Part shown: positions 54,201 to 64,000 of the stretch, piece by piece
How positions within the stretch are numbered: position 1 is the stretch's first letter
How the letters are laid out: the number at the start of each line of letters is the position of its first letter
Assembly: GCA_963514005.1 (NCBI GenBank)
Contig: OY740783.1
Location: 32,922,001-32,986,000, forward strand
Length of the DNA stretch: 64,000 nt
From: Raja brachyura
Lineage: Eukaryota
Direction: 5' to 3'
Notes under the pieces: generated by a model
Seen by the model: the letters and a program-made list of their open reading frames with translations, nothing else
Told to the model about the DNA's origin: nothing
The model's database searches: none
Made by a program: the position numbers and the translations under genes

Positions 54201-56320
54201 CCCCAGATCCTCTGTCACCCCAGATCCTCTGGCCACTAGTACAAGATTGTTTGTGTCCTCCACAGTGAAGACGGATCCAAAGTACCTGCTCAACTCATCT
54301 GCCATTTATTTGTTCCTCATAATAAATTCACCCTTTTCAGTCTTCAAGGGTCCAACTTTGGTCTGAACTATTTTTTTCCTCTTCACATATGGAAAGAAGC
54401 TTTTACTATCCTCCTTTTTTCTTGGCTAGCTTACCTTCGTACCTCGTCTTTTCTCCCTGTATTACCTTTTTAGTTATCTTTGGTTGCTCTTTAAAGATTA
54501 CCCAAATCTCTTGCTTCCCGCTCATCTTTGCAACGTTGTACTTCTTCTCTTTTATTTTTACTGTCCCTGACGTCCTTTGTCAGCAATGGTCGCCCCTTAC
54601 TCCCCTTGGAATCTTTCTTCCTTTTTGGAATGAACTGATCCTGCACCTTCTGTATTATTCCCAGAAATACCTGCCATAGTTGTTCCACTCTCATCCCTGC
54701 TAGGGTATCTTTCCAATCAACTTTGGCCAGTTCCTTCTACATGGCTCCATAGTCCCCTTTATTCAACTGTAACACTGATACCTCCGACTTACCCTTCTCC
54801 CTTTCCGATTGTAGATTAAACTTGACCGTTGCCACTACCTCCTAATGGCTCCTTAACCTCAAGTTCCTTTATCTGATCTGGCTAATTACACAACACTAAA
54901 TCCAGAATTGCCTTCTCCCTAGTAGGCTCCAGTACAAGCTGCTCTCAGAAACCATCACGGAGGCTATTTTTAAAATTCATTCCCAGTCCACCTGCATGTT
55001 GAAATCTCCCATAACAACCATGGCATTACCTTTACTACATGCCGATTTTAACTCCTGATTCAACTCGCACCCTATACCCAGGATACTGTTTAGGGGTTTC
55101 TGGGTAAGTCCCATTAGGGTATTTTTACCCTTACAATTCCTTAGTTCTATCCATAATGACTCCAATCTCTTGTTTCATTGTCACCCCTTGCAAGGGACTT
55201 AATTTTATTCCTCACCAACAGAGCTACCTAACCCCCTCTGCCCACCTGTCTGTCTTTTCGATAGGGGGTATACCCTTGAATATTCGGTCCCCAGCCCTGG
55301 CCCTCGTGCAGCCATGTCCTGTGTAATTCCCACAACATCATACTTGCCAATTTCTAACTAAGCCTCAAGCTCGTCCACTTTATTTCTTTTACTTCGCGCA
55401 TTCATATACAACACTTTGGACTAAAATCTTACCAACCACTGAAGTCAGACCTATAGTTCCCATTATTCTGCTTTGCTCCCTTCTTGTACAGCGGCTTAAT
55501 ATTGGCAATTTTCCAATCGTCTGGAACCACTCCTGACTATGGTGATTCTTGCACTATTAATGCTTCCACAATCTCTACAGCCACCTCTTTCAGAACTCTA
55601 GGGTGCAGTCCTTCCGGAACAGGTGACATCCACCTTCAGCCCTTTCAGCTTCCCAAGCACCTTCTCCCTAATAATAGCCACTCCACTAACTTCTATGCCC
55701 TGATTCTCTTGAATTTGAGGCACGTTGCTGGTGTCTTCCCTGTGAAGATGGATGTGAAAATGTTATTCAACTCCTCTGCCATTTCTTTATTCCCCATTAT
55801 AACTTCTCCTGCATCATTTTTCGGCGGTCCAATGTCCTCTCTTGCCTTGTTCTTATTCTTTATATAACTGAAGAAACTGTTGCTATCCTCTTATATATTA
55901 TTAGCTAGCTTACCTTAGTATTTCATCTTTTCTCCCCGTATTGCCGTTTTAGTTACCTTCTGTTGTTCTTTAAAAGCTGCTCGATCCTCTGACTTCCCAC
56001 TAATCTTTGCAATGTTAGATTCTTTACCCTTTAGTTTTATAATGTCCTTGATATCCCTTGTCAACCACGGTTGCCTCTTTCTTCCCCTAGAATCTTCCTC
56101 TTTGGAATGAAAAGATCCTGCAAGATCCGGATTATTCCCTGAAATTCTTGCCATTGCTGTTCCACTGTCATTCCTGCTAGGGTCCCTGTCCAGTCAACTT
56201 TGGCCAGCTCCTCCCTCAAGCCTTTGTAGTCCCCATTGCTCAGTTGTAATACCAGCACATCCAATTTCACCTTTTCCCTCTCAAATTTCAGATTAAATCT
56301 TATCATATTGTGATCACTAC
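51290..56320 (-). mobile_element. Stack of nested and adjacent degenerate CR1 copies from several families
   Basis: 3' ends at about 51290, 51600 and 52731. RT motifs at 52188-53996. Endonuclease motifs ESLWIEL..MGDFN (54977-55165) and GSDHNMI (about 56310). 17-bp x3 tandem at 54175-54230. Confidence 0.85.
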
Positions 56321-56328
56321 CAAATATA

Positions 56329-56518
56329 CTAGAGGAACAAGATAGACCACCCCTACGAAATCCAATGGACTGACGTGTAATACGCATCAGAATGCAACAG
56401 AACGTCACTTCTGCCATTTTAGGAATAAGACCCCGACCTCCGTTATGCCTCTCGCAGTTTAATCCAGTTCAGGTCATTGGATTTTGCAGTTTATCTTGGT
56501 CTATCTTAGCCTTCTATG
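56329..56518. mobile_element. About 190-bp MITE-like element with imperfect terminal inverted repeats
   Basis: Left tagaggaacAAGATAGACCA versus right TGGTCTATCTTagccttctatg. Confidence 0.5.
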
Positions 56519-56877
56519 ATAGACCATTATGATCTTTGATTATAATAAATAATGTGCTTCTTTAAAACATTTTCTTTTAACAGGAAACCGCGTATAAAAT
56601 TGCGACAATGTGCAATCAAAGGTCCTTGGACCATATGCATTCTATGATCTTTGGTTTAATCAGTGTTGTGGGGGAACGGTATGTGTGTGTTTCTGTGTTA
56701 GAGAGGCAAGATAGAGATAATAGATTTCAAAGTTCCTCATTAATCAGAAGCAACTTTGATTTAAAGCAACACATGATGTACATAAGCCATAAAGGCAATT
56801 ATATTTGCCTTTTTTTTGCCTATAAGATATAAGGAACAGAAGCCATAAAGGCAACTATATTTGCCTATATTTATCTA

Positions 56878-57956
56878 TCTATATTACTAAAGGTCTGATC
56901 TTGACCACTTCCTGTTGTTCTGTACATTGATTTTAGAAAAAACGCTGCCACTTACGGCTGTGATTTTTGGCCATCTTACTCGGAGTCCCCCTCCAATGCG
57001 CAGGACAAGAGGATTTTTCCCATCAATGAAAAATAAAAGAGTTATTAGTGTTTAAAAAATGTTGAGATTCTCTCTCCTGAAGGCCACGCCCCTTCCAGAG
57101 GGACTATAAAACCCGGAAGTGTTGAGTGCCTCAGTCAGTCTTTGCAAGATGGGGGAGCGAGAGGGTCACGTCTCTCAGTCTGAGCTGTGAATAACACTGA
57201 ACACATGTCTACTAAACTGTGAGTGTTTTTACTGACCTGTCAGTGCATTTAATGTGGTTTGAAAATATGGTTTGGAAATGCTAAAGCTGTGTTGCCTTTG
57301 GTTTGGAAATGTTAATGCTGTGTTACCTTTGGTTTGGAAATGCTAAAGCTGTGTTGCCTTTGGTTTGGAAATGCTAAAGCTGTGTTGCCTTTAGTTTGGA
57401 ATTGCTAAAGCTGTGATGTCTTTCGTTTGGAAATGCTAAAGCTGTGTTGCCTTTGGTTTGGAAATGCTAAAGCTGTGTTGCCTTTGGTTTGGAAATGCTA
57501 AAGCTGTGTTGCCTTTGGTTTGGAAATGCTAAAGCTGTCTTGCCGAAGTGTGGGCGTGGCTCAGTCTCTGCAAGATGGAGGAGGGAGAGGTCACGACTCT
57601 CTGTCTTTAGTGGCCTTGCACCCTGCTTGAAATGGAATTTCAAGAAATAGCCGTGAGTTAACTGCCAGCCCACCAGCCGTGAGTCAACTTCCAGCCCACC
57701 AGCCATGAGTGAGCTGCCAGCACAACAGGCTTGAGTGACTGAGCCGCCAGCCCAAGAATCCATTCGGCCCACAATGTCCATACTAGTCCTCTGGAAACCA
57801 GTCCCTTCAGCCCACAACACCCATACAAGTGCTCCAGAAAGCCCCCCCACCCCCCACTGGCCACCAATATTGGAATTGGTGGAGAGGTGGAATACTGCGT
57901 TGGGGGACCAGCTCTCCCGTGTGATGCTGGGACCCAACGGGTCCCACTTAATCTAG
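56878..57956 (+). mobile_element. Non-autonomous Helitron (about 1.08 kb)
   Basis: 5' A|TCTATATTACTAAA. 3' hairpin TGGGACCC-aac-GGGTCCCA (57928-57946) then CTAG|T (57953-57957). No TSD. Confidence 0.88.
57269..57544. repeat. 31-bp minisatellite (GGTTTGGAAATGCTAAAGCTGTGTTGCCTTT), about 9 units, inside the Helitron
   Basis: Unit starts at 57269, 57300, 57331 ... 57517. Confidence 0.95.
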
Positions 57957-57968
57957 TATATGTATGTA

Positions 57969-58027
<59 letters not shown>
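57957..58027. repeat. (TA)n microsatellite at the Helitron 3' junction
   Basis: Direct reading. Confidence 0.95.
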
Positions 58028-58029
<2 letters not shown>

Positions 58030-58302
58030 CTCTAGTTTCTTTCTTGTGATGTCCTCTATTTGTTTGTTGAACCTTTTTCTTTCTTTCATTCAACCTCTCT
58101 CTCTCTCCCTCTAAAATCCTAATATTGTGAATAAAATATCAATGAACACATGACAAGATATATTTTCATTCTATATTAGTGTAATGAAATGTAGTGTATA
58201 CATACCTACATTGATGCAGAAGTGCGAGCTTTAGACATGAATACTGTGCATTGCTTCCATAGTTTACTATGGAAAATCTAACATATAATTGAGGGAATTA
58301 TG

Positions 58303-59001
58303 TTCATCAGTCTATGAAAGTGAGCATGCAGGTACAGCAGGCAGTGAAGAAAGCGAATGACATGTTGGCCTTTATACCAAGAGGAATCAAATATAGGAGC
58401 AAAGAAGTCCTTATGCAGTTGTACAGAGCCCTAGTGGGACCACACCTGGAGTATTGGTCCCCTAATTTGAGGAAGGACATTCTTGCTATTGATGGAGTGC
58501 AGCATAGGTTTACAAAGTTAATTCCCAGGATGGCGGGACTGTCATATGCTGAGAGAATGAAGCAGCTGGGCTTGTACACTCTGGAGTTTAGAAGGATGAG
58601 AGGGGATCTTATTGAAACATATAAGACTGTTAAGGGTTTGGACACGCTGGAGGCAGGAAACATGTTCCCGATGTTGGGGGAGTCCAGAACCAGGGGCCAC
58701 AGTTTAAGAATAAGGGGTAAGCCATTTAGAATGGAGACGAGGAAACACTTTTTCTCACAGAGAGTTGTGAGTGTGTGGAATTCTCTGCCTCAGAGGGAGC
58801 GGTGGAGGCACGTTCTCTGAATGCTTTCAAGAGAGAGCTGGATAGGGCTCTAAAAGATAACGGAGTCAGGGGATATGGGGAAAAGGCAGGAACGGGGTAC
58901 TGATTGGGGATGATCAGCCATTATCACATTGAATGGCCGTGCTGGCTCAAAGGGCCGAATGGCCTACTCCTGCACCTATTGTCTATTGGCTATTGTCTAT
59001 T
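58303..59001 (+). mobile_element. CR1 3' fragment with (CTATTGT)n tail
   Basis: ORF 58314-58820 plus the shared 3'UTR. Confidence 0.9.
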
Positions 59002-59639
59002 GAAATGAGTCACCGTATTTCCCGGCAATGAAGACCACCATTTGAGTTGCTAAATTTTGAAAAAGGGCTAGCGGGACAGGATCGAGGGTTTGGTTTAGTC
59101 CAGGGGTCGGCAGCCTTTGTTGCATAGGGGCCAGGACGCTCCGGGACTAGCTGCAGTTCCCAGATCGCCTGCGAGCCCTGGGTCCAGCTGCAGTTCCGCT
59201 CTCCGGTCCCGGTGACCGCACGCAGCCACCCGAGCTATTGAGTGAGTTTTTAAATGTGAATATCTCATAATGACACATTTGTGGGTTAACAGTATATTAC
59301 ATCAATCCACACAATTTTAAATAATTCTACATCAAAATTCATAAACAAGGATAAGACTTTTTTATTTCTGTCATTCATGGTAAGATTTACATAATCTACA
59401 TCGCTTTATGTGTGAGATATACAGGGTTACAATGTTTCACATATCAGCTAACCAATGAAAGTGATGTAAAATTCAACATATTTCAAACAATGATACCCCC
59501 ACCCCTGCTTACCCCAAAGGACAAAATGTCCAACGTATATACAATAATATATAAATTGCATTATTTTGTGAGGCTAACAAATCACAATTTCACACTATGC
59601 ACATAAACAATTGTATTACTTCAAATAAATTATTTAAGA

Positions 59640-60170
59640 AAATTATGTACTCATGTGCCACCTTTTGAACTGTCTTGCACTTCCTTTTAACGGTCATCTC
59701 CTGCATTTTTTATTCTTACATTTGAGTCCATAATGTATGTGGACACTCACAAAAATTGCTACAATTCTAGCCTTGACTCTGTGGCAGCACAACTTCATGT
59801 CCTTATATTCCTGTGTATTGTGTATTGCTGGGTTTATTGGATGGGAAATGTTGTTCCTGGTCATGTCAACATCGTCAAATTCTGTGCAAAACACTTTCTC
59901 ACACACTTCACAGAACGCTAGAAAGTATTCAGAAGGCACCATCAAGGAGCCGGTCAGACGTTGATGTGTCATATGTTTTATGATGGATGAATATGAGTGC
60001 TGGATCAATGAAAGTGGCATCAGGTCGGTGTAGCTTCTCTGCATGTGTGGCATGTGTCTGCATGCGAACAGTTTGTGTAAAGTGATGATTCTACGACAGA
60101 TGTGACCTGCGATGTAAGCCAGTGTACTTTCTTCAGGGAGATCCTGTCGACATCTGATATTATAGTAAAA
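59640..60170 (-). pseudogene. Degenerate P-element/THAP9-like transposase C-terminal region
   Basis: EESTLAYIAGHICRRII is in frame with GSLMVPS...CEVCEKVF and IVAIFVSVHIHYGLK. CHTC and KRKCKTVQKVAH occur in shifted frames. The motif order matches the recalled P-transposase C-terminus (YIAGY, CxxC, GGLxxPS, RxHH). Confidence 0.6.
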
Positions 60171-60702
60171 TATCTTATAGAATTAACATAAGAACAAATT
60201 TGATTATACATACCTGCAGAATGAATGATATGTCACTTCAATGCAATTGTTTTCAAGGATGGGTAGAGACATGTATTTTGAAGATGCATTTTTCCTCTAA
60301 TAGGTCAATTTATCTTAAATGTAGAAAAGCTTACTAGCATGCATGCCTTACAACAAGAACAAAACCAAAAATGTACAGCAGTGTAAAAATTGATACCAAT
60401 ATTATTGTTTAAGAAGGAACTGCAGATGCTGGAAAATTGAATTTATATTTATAGTAATTGCCTTTATTATTGTGGTAAGTCACAATATAAATACCGATAA
60501 ATAACTCCCATTAGGCTCTTTTTACCTGTACAATTTCTCAGCTTCCCACAATGACTAATTCTTCTGATCCTCTATCACCCCTCGCTAAGGACAGAATTTT
60601 ATTCCTTGCCAATAGATCTGCCCCACCCTCCCTGCCCACCTGTCTGTCTTTCCAATAGGTCATGTAACTCTGAATATTCAGCTCCCAGCTCCGATCCTCT
60701 TA

Positions 60703-61430
60703 TGGGCCTGTCCCACTTAGGCAATTTTTCAGGCGACTGCCGGTGACGTCAAGTTGCCGACAGTCGCCTGAAAAACTGGCAACTGGAATGGCGACTGTCA
60801 GAGTGGAATGTGCTTGCGCACATGCACGCATGCACATCGCTTCCTATGCAGGCGGGGAACAGGGGGAGCGTTGTCTGAGTGAAATTCACATGGTGCAAAA
60901 TCAATGTGATACAGACACACCACGATGAACAGGAAGGTTGGCGCTGTATTTAAGAAGCTAAAAAGCATAGTGTACGGTAAGTCCATTAAAAGAGGAGTGA
61001 GAAGGGGGGCGAAGGAGTGGAGACAACTTTTAAGAAGCCAGAGATACACGGCTGCGAAGCTCGGTGGACATTAACATTACCAGTCTGTTATCCTTGGTTC
61101 TGAAAACTACTGCTTACGTTTTTTTCCCCAATGAGCCAATGAAATTCACCGGTCAGCACCGGCTGTGAACCGAGAACCTCCGACCTCCTGGCAACCCACT
61201 AGGACCTCCTGGAGACCCACCTACTATCTCGCTACTCTCCCTGGTGGCTTCATTCTAGTCGTCACTAATATTTCAACATATTGAAAAATTTGCGGCGACC
61301 ATAATGAGGCTGCGACTGGTTCCCACAATGCGGGAACTCCTCCCAACCATGAAGGCGACTGCCTGGCAACCATCCGCGATCATGTGGCGACTGCATAGTC
61401 TCCTGCAGTCGTCTAAGTAGGACAGGCCCA
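60703..61430. mobile_element. PIF/Harbinger MITE (728 bp) with TTA TSD, inserted in a CR1 endonuclease fragment
   Basis: TIRs TGGGCCTGTCCCACTTAGGC and GTCTAAGTAGGACAGGCCCA. TTA at 60700-60702 and 61431-61433. Confidence 0.88.
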
Positions 61431-61994
61431 TTACGGTCATATTTCTATAATTCACATTCCATCATGCCTACTAATTTCTAACTATGCTACAAGGTCATCC
61501 ACTTTATTTCTTATACTACGTGAATTTAAATACAACACCTTTAATTTGGTATTCACCTCCCCTCACACCGGTCCTGATTTTACCCGACCTTACTCTCTTA
61601 TCCCTTCTTAAACTTCACGTCCTGTTACTTCTGGAGACTTCTGTAACTTTTCCTGCACTCTCATTCCCTTTATCTCCACCCTTACACTTCCAATTTGTTG
61701 TCCTGCCCCCCCCCCCCCCCCCCCCCCCCTCCCCCACTATTTAGTTTAAAGCTCTATCTACGGTCCTGGTTATATCTACGGCCCTGGGCAGAAGACACTG
61801 TTCATTTATCCTATCTATTCCTCTCATAATCTTATAAACCTCTATAAGATCACCCCTCATCCTCTTACACTCCAAGAAATAAAGTCCTAGCCTGCTCAAG
61901 CTCTCCCTATAGTTCAGGCCCTCGAGTCCTGACAACGTTCTCATAACTCTTCTCTGCATCCTTTCCAGCTTGACAACATCTTTCCTGTAACATA

Positions 61995-64000
61995 GATTCA
62001 TAGAAAATAGGTGCAGGAGTAGGCCATTCGGCCCTTCGAGCCTGCACCGCCATTCAATATGATTATGGCTGATCATCCAACTCAGTATCGTGTACCTGCT
62101 TTCTCTCCATACCCCCTGATCCCTTTAGCCACAAGTGCCACATCTAACTCCCTCTTAAATATAGGCAATGAACTGGCCTCAACTACCTTCTGTGGCAGCG
62201 AATTCCACAGACTCACCACTCTCTGTGTGAAAAATGATCTTCTCATCTCGGTCCTAAAAGACTTCCCCCTTATCCTTAAACTGTGACCCGTTGTTCTGGA
62301 GTTCCCCAACATCGGGAACAATCTTCCTGCATCTAGCCCGTCCAACCCCTTAAGAATTTTGTAAGTCTCTATAAGATCCCCTCTCAATCTCCTAAATTCC
62401 AGCAAGTACAAGCCGAGTCTATCCAGTCTTTCTTCATATGGAAGTCCTACCATCCCAGGAATCAGTCCGGTGAACCTTCTCTGTACTCCCTCTATGGCAA
62501 GAATGTCTTTCCTCCGATTAGGAGATCAAAACTGTGCGCAATACTCCAGGTGGCCTCATAAGACCCTGTACAACTGCAGTAGAACCTCCCTGCTCTTGTA
62601 CTCAAATCCTTTTGCTATGAATTCCAACATACCATTCGCTTTCTTCACAGCCTGCTGCACCTGCATGCCTACTTTCAATGACTGGTGTACCATGACACCC
62701 AGTCTCATTGCATCTCCCCTTTTCCTAATCGGCCACCGTTCAGATAATAGTCTACCCTCCTGTTTTTGCCGCCAAAGTGGACAACCTCACATTTATCCAC
62801 ATTATACTGCATCTGCCATGCATTTGCCCACTCACCCAACCTATCCAAGTCACCTTGCAGCCTCCTAGAATCCTCCTCACAGCTAACACTGCCCCCCAGC
62901 TTCGTGTCATCCGCAAACTTGGAGATGTTGCATTCAATTCCCTCATCCAGATCATTAATATATATTGTAAATAGCTGGGGTCCCAGCACTTGCAGTACCC
63001 CACTAGTCACTGCCTGCCATTCTGAAAGTGACCCGTTTACTCCTACCCTTTGCTTCCTATCTGCCAGCCAGTTCTCTATCCACATCAACACTGAACCCCC
63101 AATACCGTGTGCTTTAAGTTTGAATGCTAATCTCTTATGTGGGACCTTGCCGAAAGCCTTCTGAAAGTCCAGATATAACACATCCACTGCTTCTTCCTTA
63201 TCCACTCTACTAGTTATATCCTCGAAAAATTCTATAAGATTCATCAGACATGATTTACCTTTCATAAATCCATGCTGACTTTGTCCAATGATTTCACCAC
63301 TTTCCAAATGCGCTGCTATCCCATCTTTAATAACTGACTAGCATTTTCCCCACTACCGATGTTAGACTAACTGGTCTGTAATTCCCCGTTTTCTCTCTCC
63401 CTCCGTTTTTAAAAAGTGGGGTTACATTAGCTACCCTCCAATCCTCAGGAACTACTCCAGAATCTAAAGAGTTTTGAAAAATTATCACTAATAAATCCAC
63501 TAATTCTGGGGCTACTTCCTTAAGTACTCTGGGATGCAGCCTATCTGGCCCTGGGGATTTATCGGCCTATAATCTATTCAATTTACCTAACACCACTTCC
63601 CGGCTAACCTGGATTTCACTCAGTTCCTCCAACTCATTTGACCCCTGGTCCCCTGCTATTTCCGGCAGATTATTTATGTCTTCCTTAGTGAAGACAGAAC
63701 CAAAGTAGTTATTCAATTGGTCTGCCATGTCCTTGTTCCCCATGAACAATTCACAAGTTTCTGACTGCAAGGGACCTACATTTGTTTTAACTAACCTTTT
63801 TCTCTTCACATATCTATAAAAACCTTTGCAGTCCATTTTTATGTTCCCTGCCAGTTTTCTTTCATAATCTATTTTCCCTTTCCTAATTAAGCACTTTGTC
63901 CTCCTCTGCTGGACTCCCAGTCCTCTGGTAGGCTGCTTTTTCTGGCTAATTTGTGTGCTTCATCTTTAGTTTTGATACTATCCCTGATTTCCCTTGTAAT
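61995..64000 (-). mobile_element. CR1 ORF2 and 3' end, running off the window; older CR1 pieces at about 60480-60700 and 61434-61990
   Basis: ORFs 62082-62453, 62705-63307 and 63567-63836. Same family as 47391-49528. Confidence 0.92.

Noticed and set aside
57269-57544. 31-bp repeat array as a CRISPR array
   Set aside because: The units are contiguous with no spacers, the context is eukaryotic, and it lies inside a Helitron.
59012-59260. CCGTATTTCCCGG as a Tc1/pogo-type MITE end
   Set aside because: No matching second TIR or TA TSD was found.

Overview
Vertebrate nuclear DNA, very probably from a cartilaginous fish (skate or ray). This is inferred from the HER1/CR1-type LINE tails and HE1-like SINEs. 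The only host gene I can support is ELL2 (RNA polymerase II elongation factor) on the minus strand. It has a CpG/CRE-rich promoter at about 29.3-30.2 kb, coding exon 1 at 29324-29190 and coding exon 2 at 4629-4582. Exon 3 onward was not found and should lie left of the window. Neither exon appears in the ORF track. The rest is intron 1 and upstream intergenic DNA dominated by nested transposable elements: several CR1 families (one with an intact 777-aa ORF2 part), a long L1 with ORF1 and ORF2 remnants, a Tx1-type L1, an L2, a Gypsy remnant, two bipartite RTE-like elements, a non-autonomous Helitron, a Harbinger MITE and a P-element/THAP9-like transposase relic. The observations most worth follow-up are a templated duplicate of ELL2 exon 2 inside the L1, flanked by 112-bp direct repeats; a dispersed, often palindromic repeat carrying a hammerhead-ribozyme core; the Helitron with a promoter-like module and minisatellite; and a stop-start uORF arrangement before the ELL2 ATG. 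Repeat boundaries were read by eye and are approximate unless terminal motifs are quoted.
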